Positions 1-11,478 are shown, counted from the first letter of the stretch. The stretch: DNA of 64,000 bases from Spirochaetota bacterium (GCA_965208615.1 CBDBPB010000004.1:480001-544000); one strand, 5' to 3'. A program made the numbers and translations. Notes: generated by a model not told the origin, from the sequence alone.

Positions 1-2818
1 TAATGTATTTATCATCCTCAAGTTCAACAAGACTCTCGGGTAAGACTTTTATAATAGCAGAATAGTGCAGTTCAATATTTTGATCCTCAATTTGTCTAGC
101 AGCAGTACCGCCAATATGAAAAGTTCTCATAGTTAGCTGTGTTCCAGGTTGTCCAATAGACTGAGCTGCAATAGTACCAACAGCCTCACCATTCTCAACA
201 GTTTTACCAGTAGCAAGATTTTTACCATAGCACTTTGCACAAACTCCATGACGAGATTCACATGTAAGCACAGTTCGTATTTTAACTTTTTCTATTCCAG
301 ATCTTGTAATAACCTCAGCCTGCTCTTCAGCTACCTCTGTATTAGCAGAAATAATTAACTTAGACGTTTTTGGGTGATATATATCCTCCAACACATACCT
401 ACCAATAATACGATCGGATAGTTTTTCAATTTCTTCATCGCCTTCTCTAATGGCTTTTCGCTCTATACCATTAATAGTACCACAATCAAGCTCATTAATA
501 ACGACATCTTGGGCAATATCTACAAGACGTCTTGTAAGATAACCAGCATCAGCAGTCTTTAAAGCAGTATCTGCCAAACCTTTTCTTGCACCATGTGTAG
601 AGATAAAGTACTCTAGTACAGTAAGTCCCTCTTTAAAGTTAGACTTAATAGGCAACTCAATAATTTCTCCAGATGGCTTTGCCATAAGTCCTCGCATTCC
701 TGCAAGCTGTCTTATCTGCTGTTTACTTCCCCGTGCACCTGAGTCAGCCATAATATATAGGGGGTTAAATCCATTTTGGTCAACTTTAAGATCATCCATC
801 ATCTCTTCAGCAATTTGATCATTAACATGTGTCCATACGTCTATAACTTTATTATAACGTTCATCCTCTGTTATAAAGCCATCACGATAGCTTTCCTCAA
901 TCTTTGTAATTTTATTTTCGCCCTTATTTAAAAGAACTTTTTTGTTTTTTGGTATTTTAATGTCTTGCATGCCAATGGTAACACCAAAATCAGTAGCATA
1001 TTTAAAACCAACTGTCTTAATTTTATCTAATACTATAGCGGTTTCAGAGGCTCCAAAGTCTCTTAAGCATTTCAGAACAACTTGTGCCAATGTTTTATTG
1101 TTTAAGGCTTCGTTAATATACCCTAGTCCTTCTGGCAAAATATCATTAAAGATAATTCTTCCAGGAGTAGTCTCTAACCATGAAGCACTATCATCTATAA
1201 ATAATTTAATTTTAGCCTGATAATCAAGTTCTTTTCCTTCAATAGCTAAATATATTTCATTTTTAGAAGAAAAATGTCTATTTTCACCGCTAGCTCCCCG
1301 TCTCTCTTTGGTAAGATAGTTTACACCTAAAACCATATCTTGTGTGGGACCAACAATAGGTTCACCATTAGCCGGATTAAGAAGATTGTGAGAAGACAGC
1401 ATAAGCAACCAACATTCAATCTGAGACTCTGGAGATAAAGGAACATGTACTGCCATCTGATCCCCATCAAAGTCTGCATTAAATGCATGACAAACAAGAG
1501 GATGTAGTCTAATAGCTTTTCCCTCAACTAAAATAGGTTCAAATGCTTGTACTCCTAACCTATGTAGTGTAGGAGCTCTATTTAGCAAAACAGGATGTTC
1601 ACGAACGACTTCTTCAAGAACTCCCCAAACTTCTGGCTTTTCTCTCTCAACCATCTTTTTTGCACTTTTTATATTATATACCAAACCTTTTTCAACTAAG
1701 CCTTTCATAATAAAAGGTTTGAAAAGTTCAAGAGCCATCTTTTTAGGTAGTCCGCATTGATGTAGCTTTAGCTCTGATCCCACAACAATAACTGATCTAC
1801 CAGAATAATCAACTCGCTTTCCAAGTAGATTTTGCCTAAACCTTCCCTGTTTACCTTTTAACATATCAGAAAGAGACTTTAACGGACGATTACCAGGTCC
1901 TTTAACCATGCGCCTTCTTCTAGAGTTGTCAAAAAGGGCGTCAACGGCTTCTTGTAACATTCGTTTTTCGTTTCTAATAATAATTTCAGGAGCTTTTAAT
2001 CCTAATAGCCTTTTTAAACGATTATTTCTGTTAATAACTCTTCTATATAAATCATTCAAGTCACTAGTTGCAAATCGTCCACCATCCAGCTGAACCATTG
2101 GTCTTAGTTCTGGAGGGATAACAGGAATAATATCCATAATCATCCACTCAGACCTATTATCTGAGTTTCTAAAATCATTGATTATTTCGAGTCTCTTTAA
2201 CAGCCTAGGATCAGTTTTCTCACCTTTCTCATTCATTTTCTCACGAAGAAACTCTGCTTCACTATCCAAGTCAATATTTTCAAGTAAATGCTTTATTGCA
2301 ATAGCTCCAATTTCTGCTGTAAAATTAACGCCATGTTGCTTTTTTAGCTCCATATAGTCCTGTTCAGTTAAGAACTCCTTTTCTTTTAGATCAGTATCAC
2401 CTGGATCAATAACCACATATTTTTCAAAGTATAAAATACTTCTAAGCTCATTTACCGAAATACCTAAAAGCAACCCAATACGACTTGGAACACTTTTGTA
2501 ATACCATATATGAGATACAGGAGATGCCAGCTCTATATGCCCCATACGCTCTCTACGTATCTTAAAATGAGCAACTCTACACCACAACGATCGCAAACAA
2601 CCCCCTTTATAACGAATGGATTTAAACTTACCACAATAGCACTCCCATTCTTTGGTAGTTCCAAAGATTTTCTCACAAAAAAGCCCATCTCTTTCTGGGC
2701 GTAATGTTCTATAGTTAATAGTTTCTGGTTTTTTTACTTCTCCATAGCTCCACTCTTTTATTCTCTCAGGTGAAGACAGCTTAATGGTAATTTTATCAAA
2801 ATCACTTAAGTCTCTCAT
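1..2818 (-). CDS. rpoC: RNA polymerase beta' subunit; runs off the window start; one apparent 1-nt deletion near 2575
   Basis: Manual translation from ATG 2818: [64 protein letters not shown]. The [14 protein letters not shown] motif lies at about 1440-1482 and [20 protein letters not shown] at about 526-585. It follows rpoB. Confidence 0.98.
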   Translation of the reverse strand, partial: MRDLSDFDKITIKLSSPERIKEWSYGEVKKPETINYRTLRPERDGLFCEKIFGTTKEWECYCGKFKSIRYKGGCLRSLWCRVAHFKIRRERMGHIELASPVSHIWYYKSVPSRIGLLLGISVNELRSILYFEKYVVIDPGDTDLKEKEFLTEQDYMELKKQHGVNFTAEIGAIAIKHLLENIDLDSEAEFLREKMNEKGEKTDPRLLKRLEIINDFRNSDNRSEWMIMDIIPVIPPELRPMVQLDGGRFATSDLNDLYRRVINRNNRLKRLLGLKAPEIIIRNEKRMLQEAVDALFDNSRRRRMVKGPGNRPLKSLSDMLKGKQGRFRQNLLGKRVDYSGRSVIVVGSELKLHQCGLPKKMALELFKPFIMKGLVEKGLVYNIKSAKKMVEREKPEVWGVLEEVVREHPVLLNRAPTLHRLGVQAFEPILVEGKAIRLHPLVCHAFNADFDGDQMAVHVPLSPESQIECWLLMLSSHNLLNPANGEPIVGPTQDMVLGVNYLTKERRGASGENRHFSSKNEIYLAIEGKELDYQAKIKLFIDDSASWLETTPGRIIFNDILPEGLGYINEALNNKTLAQVVLKCLRDFGASETAIVLDKIKTVGFKYATDFGVTIGMQDIKIPKNKKVLLNKGENKITKIEESYRDGFITEDERYNKVIDVWTHVNDQIAEEMMDDLKVDQNGFNPLYIMADSGARGSKQQIRQLAGMRGLMAKPSGEIIELPIKSNFKEGLTVLEYFISTHGARKGLADTALKTADAGYLTRRLVDIAQDVVINELDCGTINGIERKAIREGDEEIEKLSDRIIGRYVLEDIYHPKTSKLIISANTEVAEEQAEVITRSGIEKVKIRTVLTCESRHGVCAKCYGKNLATGKTVENGEAVGTIAAQSIGQPGTQLTMRTFHIGGTAARQIEDQNIELHYSAIIKVLPESLVELEDDKYI

Positions 2819-2862
2819 ATTTTATTGCATCCCCCAGATCAACATATGGTAATAAGTCATAA

Positions 2863-5800
2863 TTATTTTTTATTTTTAGCTTTATTAAGATTCTCTATAT
2901 CTTTATCAGTAAGCCCTAAAAGATTGTCACTAGAATCATAAATATTAAGGTCTAGTCCCAAACCTCTTAGCTCTTGTACCAATACATTAAAAGATTCTGG
3001 TATGCCCGGAGCAGCTGTATACTCCCCTTTAACAATACTCTCATAAATCTTAGCACGTCCCATCATATCATCAGCCTTAACAGTTAGAAATTCTTGTAAT
3101 GTATTAGAAGCACCATATGCTTCCAATGCCCATACTTCCATTTCACCCAGCCTTTGACCACCAAATTGAGCTTTACCTCCAAGAGGTTGTTGAGTAACCA
3201 AAGAATATGGTCCTGTACTCCTTGCGTGGATTTTATCATCAACTAAATGGGCAAGTTTTAGCATATATATATAACCAATAGTTACATCGCTCTCAAATTG
3301 CTTGCCAGTTTTACCGTTATAAAGAATAATCTTACCATTTTTTGGTAGTCCTGCCCTTTCCATATAGCTTTCTATATCTTCAACACTTACCCCCTCAAAA
3401 ACCGGAGCCGAAAGATTTTCTCCAAGTGCCTTACCAGCCCAACCTAGTTGAGTTTCCATAATCTGACCAAGATTCATTCTAGATGGTACTCCAAGGGGGT
3501 TTAAAATAATCTCAACTGGTGTTCCATCAGGCAAATATGGCATATCTTCTTCTGGAACAACTCTTGATATAACACCTTTATTTCCATGTCTACCTGCCAT
3601 TTTGTCGCCTTCTTGTAGTTTTCGTTTTTTGGCAATAAATACTTTTACCATTTCTTCAACCCCTGGATGCAGGTCATCTCCATCTTCTCTTCTAAATATA
3701 TTTACGTCTATGATTATTCCCCCATTTCCATGAGGAACACGAAGTGATGTATCTTTTACCTCTCTTGCTTTCTCTCCAAAAATTGAATGAAGAAGTTTAT
3801 ATTCAGGAGTAGAATCCGTTTCTCCTTTTGGAGTAACCTTGCCAACTAATATATCCCCAGGCTCTACCCTTGCACCCACTCTAACTATACCATTATCATC
3901 AAGGTTAATAAAGGCATCCTCACTAATATTTGGAATATCTTTAGTAATTTTTTCACTACCCAGTTTAGTTTCTCTAGCTTCTATTTCGAACTCTTCAATA
4001 TGAATAGAAGTGAATATATCTTCTTTTACTATTTTTTCACTTACAATAATAGCATCCTCAAAATTAGCTCCTTCCCAACTCATAAACGCAACAAGAACAT
4101 TACGCCCAAGAGCAAGTTCACCGTTATCACACGCAGGACCATCAGCAATTAGATCCCCCTTGCTAACTTTTTGCCCTTTCTGCAATATAGGACGCTGATT
4201 AAAACAAGTATTTTGATTAGTTCTTCTATACTTAATTAGAGGATATATATCAACTGGATTATCAGGATCATCAACTTTAATATGAACTTCATCAGATGAA
4301 ATCTTAATAACATCTCCTTTTCTTTTAGTAAAAACACAAGCACCAGAATCAATAGCAGCCTTTTTCTCTTGTCCAGTTCCAACAACAGGAGCTTCTAAAT
4401 TGAGTAGTGGCACAGCCTGCCTTTGCATATTTGATCCCATAAGAGCACGGTTAGCATCATCATGCTCCAAAAATGGTATTAATGATGTAGATACACTAAT
4501 AATTTGTTTAGGAGCAACATCCATAAAGTCAATCTGTTCTGGTGGTACTAAAGGAAACTCTCCTTTTCGACGGCCAACAATTAAGTTTCCAATTAGATAA
4601 TCATCTTTATCCAAAAGACTATTTGCCTGTGCTATATAATAACGATCTTCTTCCATAGCAGTCAAAAACTGAATCTCATTAGTAACCCTACCATCTTTCA
4701 CTTTTCTGTACGGAGTAACAAGAAATCCATGTTTATTAACTCTTGCAAAGTTACATAAAGACAGTATTAAGCCAATATTAGGCCCCTCTGGAGTTTCTAT
4801 AGGACATATTTTACCATAATGAGTATAATGAACATCCCGAACTTCGAATCCAGCCCTTTCTCTCGATAAACCTCCAGGTCCAAGAGCATTTAACCTTCGT
4901 TTATGAGTAAGTTCTGCCAATGGGTTAGTTTGATCCATAAATTGAGAAAGCTGACTTGAACCAAAAAACTCTTTTATAACAGCAGTAATAGGTTTAATAC
5001 TAATTAACCGTTGTGGAGTAATTTCATCAATGTCCTCAGTATTCATACGCTCTTTTATAGAACGTTCCATCCGAGCAAAACCAATTTTAAGCTGATTAAC
5101 AAGTAACTCTCCAACACAACGAATTCTACGATTACCTAGATGATCTATATCATCAGTGCTTTGATTACCTGTATAAACCTCAATAAGATATTTTAGTGTA
5201 CTAACAATATCTTCTACAGCAAGAGTAGTATCCATACTTTCTTGTTTATTATCATATAGCTTTTGATTGAATTTGTATCGCCCAACTATACCAAGATTAT
5301 ACATTTTAGAATTAAAAAAAAGCTTTTGAAACTCTTTTTCAGCATTCTCAACAGTAGTTGGCTCCCCGGGTCTAGTTACGCTGTGTAGCTTAGAAATTGC
5401 TTCTACTTTATCATGAACTTCATCACTATCAAGACACTTTAGTATTACAATATTTTGTTTAGTTTCTTCTAAGTTTAAGATCTTAATCTTTTTTATACCA
5501 AAACTAAGTATTTTTTCAGCATCTTGAGCGACTAACTCTCTGACCTACTTCTAGTATTATTTCATTGGTTTGTGGTTCTACAATATTTTCAGCAAGCCTT
5601 ACTGGTATAGAAGACGTTTCAATAATTTTTCTACCGGCTTTAGTTGACAGCTGAACCTCATCAATATTATAAAACAATTTAAGTATTTCTTCGTTATTGT
5701 CATATCCCAATGCTCGTAAAAAAGTAGTAACTAATATTCCTTTTTTTCTATCAATTTTCACGTACATTAAGTTTTTTAACTGCATCTATTTCAAACTCAA

Positions 5801-6326
5801 GCCATGCACCCTTATCTGGAATAATTTTTGCAGAATATACGGTCTCTTTGTCATCAGCACTAAAAACCACTCCAGGCGATTTATGGATTTTGACTTACTA
5901 CAACTCTTTCAGCTCCATTAATTATAAAGGTTCCTCTAGTAGTCATAAGAGGAATATCACCCATAAAAACTTCTTTTTCTCTAACTTCACCAGTTTCTAC
6001 ATAAATTAACCGTATAAGAGTTTTTAATACAATAGAATAAGTTAGATCTCTACGACGGGCTTCATATTCAGAATATTTAATATCTCCAAATTGAGTAGCC
6101 AAGATATTCTAAAATAATATCTTTATTAGGACTCTCAATAGGAAAAATAGTTCTAAAGACTGACTCCAAGCCATAATTTGGATCTCGCTCTTCAGGAGGA
6201 ATATCCATTTGCAAAAAGTCCTTATAAGATTCTAACTGCATTTCTATTAAGTTAGGAATCTCAAAAATACTTTTTAGTTTTCCAAGACTTTTTCTTTCTA
6301 GTTTTTTTTTTAACTTTAGTCACCAT
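2863..6326 (-). CDS. rpoB: RNA polymerase beta subunit (~1150 aa); five apparent 1-nt insertions in the 5' third (~6305, ~6089, ~5889, ~5775, ~5530)
   Basis: The 813-aa ORF has [33 protein letters not shown] and [17 protein letters not shown]. Upstream fragments ([34 protein letters not shown]) join into one frame when five bases are removed. Confidence 0.97.
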
Positions 6327-6610
6327 AATGACCCCTAATTTATCAAATAAATAAATGGCTAAGACAGTGGGCAAATAAAAAATGTGGGTTTTTGTAATTA
6401 TATGAGTTTATAATCATATTTTTATTAAAATAGTTGATAGGATGTTAACAAAAATATATATTAGTAATGCCTTATACATAAGATAAACCATAATCAAAAG
6501 AATAACTTAGTTGATTAACAACTAAGCTTCTTCTCCAGAAATATCTTGCTTTATTATTTAAGTTAACACTTAAAATATTACTAAAATATATACTAGCGAA
6601 ATATAAAATG

Positions 6611-6999
6611 CTATTTAATTTCAACAGTAGCTCCAACAGCCTCAAGCTGCTCTTTAATTTTTGAGCTTCTTCCTTAGAAAGGTTTTCTTTAATAGCTTTA
6701 CCACTTGTTTCTACAACTTCTTTCGCTTTTTTAAGTTCTAACCCAGTAATCGCTCTTACCTCTTTAATAACAGGAATTTTACTCCCACCAGGACTGGTTA
6801 GAATAACAGTAAACTCAGTTTGTTCAGCGGCTTTCTCACTAGTATCCTCAGCACTAGCACCAGAAACTGCCATAACAGGTGCAGCTGCACTAACTCCAAA
6901 TACCTCTTCTAACTCTTTGACCAAACCGGCAACTTCTATCATAGGTTTATTCTTTATAGCCTCTATGATTTCTTCATTAGTTAATGTTGTAGTAGACAT
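6611..6999 (-). CDS. rplL: 50S ribosomal protein L7/L12; 1-nt deletion near 6655, true C-terminus EQLEAVGATVEIK
   Basis: LVKELEEVFGVSAAAP and KIPVIKEVRAITGLELKKAKE motifs; the conserved C-terminus is recovered in the shifted frame with TAG at 6611-6613. Confidence 0.95.
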
Positions 7000-7019
7000 C
7001 GTTATGTTCCCCCTTTAAC

Positions 7020-7535
7020 TTAATTACTTTTTTGTTCACTTATTGCTTTTAAAGTATAGACCAAGCTTCTTATTGGCCCATTTAAAACATTAATAAAACC
7101 ACTCGCTGGTGACTTAAGGCAAGCTAATACCTTAGATAAAATTACTTCCTTAGACGGTAGTTTAGCAAGTTCCTCTACCTCACTCTTGCTAACAGCTCTA
7201 CTATCGGCATACCCACCTTTTAACTCTAAAGAACTGTTTTTAGCAAAGTCACTAAGAATCTTACTAGATGAAACATAATCGTCCTTTGCAAAAGCAACAG
7301 CAGATGGCCCAAGTAAATAGTTGTCTAAACCTTCAATATTAGCATTCTTTAATGCAATCCCTAATAGCTTATTTTTTACAATCTGATAAAGGATACCCTT
7401 CTCGTATAACTTCTTCCTAAGATTAGTAATCTCTTCAACAGTTAAGCCTCTATAATTAGTAAATATCAAGCTATTATATTCAGATAATGTATTTTGCATT
7501 TGTTCAACGGTTTTTATTTTTTTAGGTGTTGGCAT
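7020..7535 (-). CDS. rplJ: 50S ribosomal protein L10
   Basis: NYRGLTVEEITNLRKKL, VKNKLL and ELAKLPSKE motifs; position between rplA and rplL. Confidence 0.96.
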   Translation of the reverse strand: MPTPKKIKTVEQMQNTLSEYNSLIFTNYRGLTVEEITNLRKKLYEKGILYQIVKNKLLGIALKNANIEGLDNYLLGPSAVAFAKDDYVSSSKILSDFAKNSSLELKGGYADSRAVSKSEVEELAKLPSKEVILSKVLACLKSPASGFINVLNGPIRSLVYTLKAISEQKSN

Positions 7536-7551
7536 AATATGATCTCCATGT

Positions 7552-8251
7552 TTAAATTAGGCTTTGATGAATTACTTTTACCCCTGGCCCCATAGTAGTA
7601 GAAAAAGCAATACTTTTAATATATTCCCCTTTTAAGTCAGACGGCTTTTTCCTTAGCACCTCTTTATATAATGCTCTAGCATTATCAAATAGTTTGTCAT
7701 CATCCATAGAAACCTGCCCAATTTTCATGTGTAATATACCAGTTTTATCAGCCCTAAACTCTTCTTTTCCTTTCTTAAAATCATTTATCACATTAGTTAA
7801 GTCAAATGTAACAGTTCCAGTTTTAGGATTAGGCATTAGTCCTCGTCTACCCAGCAATGGTCCAAGCTTCCCAACGTCTTTCATCATATCAGGAGTTGCT
7901 ATAGCTACATCAAAATCAAACCATCCACCTTTTATTTTTTCACAAAGATCATTATCTCCAACATAAGTTGCTCCGGCATCCTCTGCCTCAGAAGCTTTTT
8001 CACCCTTTGCAAAAACAAGAATTTTTTTTCTCTATTTTTGAAATAGAATGAGGAAACATTAAAGTATCCCTAACAGTATGTTTAGCCCTTAAATTAAGAT
8101 TAATAGCAATCTCAACGCTCTGATCAAATTTAACTTTTGCCTTTTCATTATTAGCAATATCCTTAATAAGACTTAAACACTCTTTTGCTTTGTATAACTT
8201 TTTTTTATCGACCCGACTTCTTGCTTCTAAATATCGTTTACTTTTTTTCAT
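7552..8251 (-). CDS. rplA: 50S ribosomal protein L1; 1-nt insertion in the A-run at ~8022-8029
   Basis: [12 protein letters not shown] in the 5' fragment; [36 protein letters not shown] and TTMGPG in the 3' fragment. Confidence 0.96.
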
Positions 8252-8284
8252 AAGTATTCCTTAGATAATTACTCATTATTCAAA

Positions 8285-8710
8285 CTAATTTGCCTCAACA
8301 TAAACACCCATACTCTTAGCAGTACCTTCAATTATATTCATAGCGGCCTCTATAGTGTTAGCGTTTAAATCTGGCATTTTTGTTTTAGCTATTTCTTCCA
8401 ACTGCTTCAAAGATATAGTACCTACAGTCTGACTGGATATTGATGATCCCTTATCTATACCCAATGCTTTTTTAACTAGCACAGCCGCAGGAGGGGTTTT
8501 CATAATGAAAGTAAAAGACCTATCTTCATATACCGTTACTACAACAGGAATAATAAGATCACCTTTATCTTTAGTTTTTGCATTAAAGGCTTTACAAAAA
8601 TCCATAATGCCAACACCATGCTGACCAAGAGCAGGTCCAACAGGAGGCGATGGGTTAGCCTTTCCAGCAGGTAATTGTAATTTTATATAAGCCTTAACTT
8701 TTTTTGCCAC
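8285..8710 (-). CDS. rplK: 50S ribosomal protein L11
   Basis: [23 protein letters not shown] and KTPPAAVL motifs. Confidence 0.98.
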   Translation of the reverse strand: MAKKVKAYIKLQLPAGKANPSPPVGPALGQHGVGIMDFCKAFNAKTKDKGDLIIPVVVTVYEDRSFTFIMKTPPAAVLVKKALGIDKGSSISSQTVGTISLKQLEEIAKTKMPDLNANTIEAAMNIIEGTAKSMGVYVEAN

Positions 8711-8728
8711 AATGTTCTCCTAAATTAA

Positions 8729-9289
8729 TTACAATGATTCCACTTGAAAAAAGTCAAATTCAACTGGAGTAGATCGTCCAAATATCTCTACTTTTACCCT
8801 TAATTTACCTTTTTCATAGTTAATATCTTCAATGACCCCATTAAAATTGCTAAACGGCCCATCTGTTACTTTTACAGACTCCCCTAATGCAAATGATACT
8901 TTTGGCACCATAGCCTCAGTAGACTTTATTTCACCCATTCTTTGCAATATATTCTTAGCCTCATCGACAGATATAGGAGCAGGCTTTTGATTTCTACCGG
9001 TACCAACAAAACCAGTTACCCCTTGTATAGCTGTTAATTGGCTACAGACTTGCTTCCAGTTCTCTCCTTTATCTGGCAGATCCATTTCTATTAGGATATA
9101 ACCTGGAAAAAACTTTTTTTTTACTTGACGTTTTTTTCCATTAGCCATTTCTACAACATTTTCAGTTGGCACTTTAACCTCACCAATATACTGTCCATGT
9201 TCTTTTGGCTTTATATTCTTTTCTATATAAGAACTTACTTTATTTTCGTATCCCGAGTAGATATGTAAAACATACCAATTTTTAGCCAT
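8729..9289 (-). CDS. nusG: Transcription termination/antitermination factor NusG
   Basis: WYVLHIYSGYENKV, FFPGYILIEM and KOW motif VKVTDGPFSNFNG...VEIFGRSTPVE. Start taken as ATG 9289. Confidence 0.97.
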   Translation of the reverse strand: MAKNWYVLHIYSGYENKVSSYIEKNIKPKEHGQYIGEVKVPTENVVEMANGKKRQVKKKFFPGYILIEMDLPDKGENWKQVCSQLTAIQGVTGFVGTGRNQKPAPISVDEAKNILQRMGEIKSTEAMVPKVSFALGESVKVTDGPFSNFNGVIEDINYEKGKLRVKVEIFGRSTPVEFDFFQVESL

Positions 9290-9307
9290 TACAATATCCA
9301 AAAACTA

Positions 9308-9496
9308 TTAGCTTAGAATATACCTTGCTAGTTCCTTAAAAACAATATCTAAAACACCTAATATAGCAGAAATAATAACAATTACAATAATTACTATTAC
9401 TGTTAAGTTAACAGCCTCTTCTTTTTTAGGCCAAATAACCTTTTTAAGCTCTCCAATAGATTCTTTAACATAGTTAGCAAATTTACTATTTTTCAT
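9308..9496 (-). CDS. secE: Preprotein translocase subunit SecE
   Basis: ELKKVIWPKKEE motif plus one TM helix; lies between tRNA-Trp and nusG. Confidence 0.95.
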   Translation of the reverse strand: MKNSKFANYVKESIGELKKVIWPKKEEAVNLTVIVIIVIVIISAILGVLDIVFKELARYILS

Positions 9497-9520
9497 TTAA
9501 TTACATCCAACAAAAAAAGT

Positions 9521-9593
9521 CGGGTGCGGGAGGACTTGAACCCCCAACCTACGGTTTTGGAGACCGTTGCTCTACCAGTTGAACTACACACCC
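9521..9593 (-). tRNA. tRNA-Trp(CCA)
   Basis: Reverse complement GGGTGTGTAGTTCAACTGGTAGAGCAACGGTCTCCAAAACCGTAGGTTGGGGGTTCAAGTCCTCCCGCACCCG folds as a cloverleaf with anticodon CCA; CCA end not encoded. Confidence 0.96.
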
Positions 9594-9662
9594 ATATAAA
9601 AATAGGAAAGAAAATAGTCAATTGGAGAAGATAAGATTTAGTCCAAGACTATATGCACCATA

Positions 9663-9735
9663 AGCCCACGACCAGGATTGAACTGGTGACCGCTTGCTTA
9701 CCATGCAAGTACTCTACCTACTGAGCTACGTGGGC
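9663..9735 (-). tRNA. tRNA-Thr(GGT)
   Basis: Reverse complement GCCCACGTAGCTCAGTAGGTAGAGTACTTGCATGGTAAGCAAGCGGTCACCAGTTCAATCCTGGTCGTGGGCT; anticodon GGT. Confidence 0.95.
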
Positions 9736-9755
9736 ACAAGCCTAATTAAGGCATA

Positions 9756-9784
9756 ATGATAACAAATTAATATTTAATTGTCAA
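9756..9784 (-). promoter_or_regulatory. Sigma-70 promoter for the tRNA-Thr/tRNA-Trp/secE-nusG cluster
   Basis: TTGACA-17 nt-TATCAT on the minus strand, about 20 nt upstream of tRNA-Thr. Confidence 0.7.
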
Positions 9785-10172
9785 TATGTTTTAATAATAA
9801 ACAATATATATATATATTAATATTTTTTTTAGTCAATCCAAAATATGTCGGCATAACCATATATAAGTTATATTTTACATATTATTTTTATATTAAATTA
9901 AGATTATATAATATAAGCTTTTTTTTAAAAAAATAAAGAATAAAAAATTAATTTATTATAATTATACCACATTTATTTTATACACTATTTGCTTAAAAGT
10001 ATTAATATTAAAAATCTTTATAATTTAGTTGAAAGAATTTGGATTTTTTAGTATTTTTACTAAAAATTAATCCAATATATTTTAACTGCAACTTAAAATA
10101 TATTATTTCTTTGTTATCATAATAATTAACTTATTATTTTAGTAAGATTTAATAAAAGAGAAGTATTTATCT

Positions 10173-10580
10173 ATGAATTTATTAAGAAAAAATTACGAGG
10201 AGCTAACTATGATAGGAATGACGGGACTCCTAATTACGTCAACAAGTAATATGCTTTTAAAAGATCTAAACAAAGCCTATAAAGTAAATGATATAATTTC
10301 AAAGGTTTCTTTAGAAAGTTGTAATTTTAGAATTCACTTCCCTACAACTATCTATAACGAAGAAAAAGAAGGGGTCTTTGCAACAATAATCGAAAAGATT
10401 AAACATCTTAAAGATCCGCAAGACAAGCTCATGGAAACAAAAGTAGAAGCTAGGTATTTGCAGCAAGCCAGCAAAGAATACTTTTTTAGTTGTGGCGAAC
10501 TAGTTAGATATCGTGGATTTATTGATACTGACAACCCTCTTCCTATGGTGACTAAACTGGTTATTAGCCTGGACAGCTAA
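10173..10580 (+). CDS. Hypothetical protein (135 aa)
   Basis: Open ORF in an otherwise very AT-rich region, followed by a hairpin; no family recognised. Confidence 0.7.
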   Translation: MNLLRKNYEELTMIGMTGLLITSTSNMLLKDLNKAYKVNDIISKVSLESCNFRIHFPTTIYNEEKEGVFATIIEKIKHLKDPQDKLMETKVEARYLQQASKEYFFSCGELVRYRGFIDTDNPLPMVTKLVISLDS

Positions 10581-10594
10581 AAAATATAAATAAT

Positions 10595-10626
10595 TACACT
10601 TTTCATTTAACTATTTGGAAAGTGTA
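10595..10626 (+). terminator. Probable intrinsic terminator hairpin
   Basis: TACACTTTTCA...TGGAAAGTGTA followed by TATTTT. Confidence 0.5.
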
Positions 10627-10777
10627 TATTTTATAATACAAAAACACTTGTTTATATAGACTAAACATTATATTGTCTATATCCCTTTTAGGTATTTCTT
10701 AATTAAACAATATTTCTAAATATAAATTAATTAATAAAAAAGTTGACTATTTAATATGTTATTATAAATTTTACTTT

Positions 10778-10861
10778 GGAAGGATGGCCGAGCGGTTTAA
10801 GGCGGTGGTCTTGAAAACCATTGTGGTAACTCCACCGTGGGTTCGAATCCCACTCCTTCCG
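10778..10861 (+). tRNA. tRNA-Ser(TGA)
   Basis: GGAAGGATGGCCGAGCGGTTTAAGGCGGTGGTCTTGAAAACCATT...GGTTCGAATCCCACTCCTTCCG; long variable arm; TTGACT upstream at 10743. Confidence 0.96.
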
Positions 10862-10878
10862 TAACTAATATAATATCT

Positions 10879-10965
10879 GGAGAGATGCTGGAGTGGTCGA
10901 TCAGGGCTGCCTGCTAAGCAGTTGTCTCAATATAGGGACCGAGGGTTCGAATCCCTCTCTCTCCG
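10879..10965 (+). tRNA. tRNA-Ser(GCT)
   Basis: GGAGAGATGCTGGAGTGG...GCTGCCTGCTAAGCAGT...GGTTCGAATCCCTCTCTCTCCG; long variable arm. Confidence 0.95.
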
Positions 10966-10984
10966 ATCTAACCATTAAAAAAAG

Positions 10985-11362
10985 ATGAATGATTTTTATA
11001 TTAATAACTCTTATATAAAATATAAAATTATTATAATAATAGGTTATATTATCCCCCTTATTGGCTGGATAATTCCCCTTTATTTATTTAACAAAAATAA
11101 ATATTGTCATTTTCACGGCAAGCAAGGGTTTTTAATCAATCGCTCTTTTATAGTAGTTATTATGCTTTATATGGCTCTAATACAGTTTATACCAGCTAAT
11201 CATAGCTCTATAGAAAACTACTTGTTTATTACTATAATTATGGCATATTTTATGTGTATATTTATAATTATTTATCCGATTTTAATAAATAAACCACTTT
11301 TAAACGTATTAAATAAAATAAATAAAAACTTTGAAAGAATAACTGAAAAGATTAATCTATAA
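10985..11362 (+). CDS. Small membrane protein, DUF4870-like
   Basis: Three hydrophobic segments with GYIIPLIGWII...FHGKQG, resembling the FHAxQ motif of this family. Confidence 0.6.
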   Translation: MNDFYINNSYIKYKIIIIIGYIIPLIGWIIPLYLFNKNKYCHFHGKQGFLINRSFIVVIMLYMALIQFIPANHSSIENYLFITIIMAYFMCIFIIIYPILINKPLLNVLNKINKNFERITEKINL

Positions 11363-11363
11363 T

Positions 11364-11437
11364 GTGCCTATAGCTCAGCTGGATAGAGCGTTGGATTGCG
11401 GTTCCAAAGGTCAGAGGTTCGAATCCTCTTAGGCACG
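11364..11437 (+). tRNA. tRNA-Arg(GCG)
   Basis: GTGCCTATAGCTCAGCTGGATAGAGCGTTGGATTGCGGTTCCAAAGGTCAGAGGTTCGAATCCTCTTAGGCACG; anticodon stem TTGGA/TCCAA, loop TTGCGGT. Confidence 0.95.
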
Positions 11438-11445
11438 AAATATAG

Positions 11446-11472
11446 TATTTAAGGGCTTTATACCCTTAAATA
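11446..11472. terminator. Probable bidirectional terminator between tRNA-Arg and the SOR-like gene
   Basis: TATTTAAGGG-loop-CCCTTAAATA perfect stem with a flanking A-run. Confidence 0.65.
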
Positions 11473-11478
11473 AAAAAC

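Noticed and set aside
149-2704. Short plus-strand ORFs over rpoC and similar antisense ORFs across the window
   Set aside because: They are shadows of well-supported genes on the opposite strand, without RBS or motifs.
1-8251. rpoC, rpoB, rplL and rplA as pseudogenes
   Set aside because: They are essential and highly conserved on both sides of each indel, with no other decay; sequencing error is far more likely.
9663-9735. Unusual A32 in the tRNA-Thr(GGT) anticodon loop as a sign of recoding
   Set aside because: The rest of the tRNA is normal, ORFs translate correctly with the standard bacterial code, and tRNA-Trp has anticodon CCA.
9790-10170. Replication origin in the very AT-rich spacer
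   Set aside because: Only imperfect DnaA-box-like words (TATACCACA, TTATACACT) and no dnaA/dnaN nearby; divergent promoters explain it.
10778-11437. tRNA-anchored genomic island or prophage (also at 28031-28185)
   Set aside because: No integrase, no duplicated tRNA 3' end and no phage genes; the flanking genes are housekeeping.
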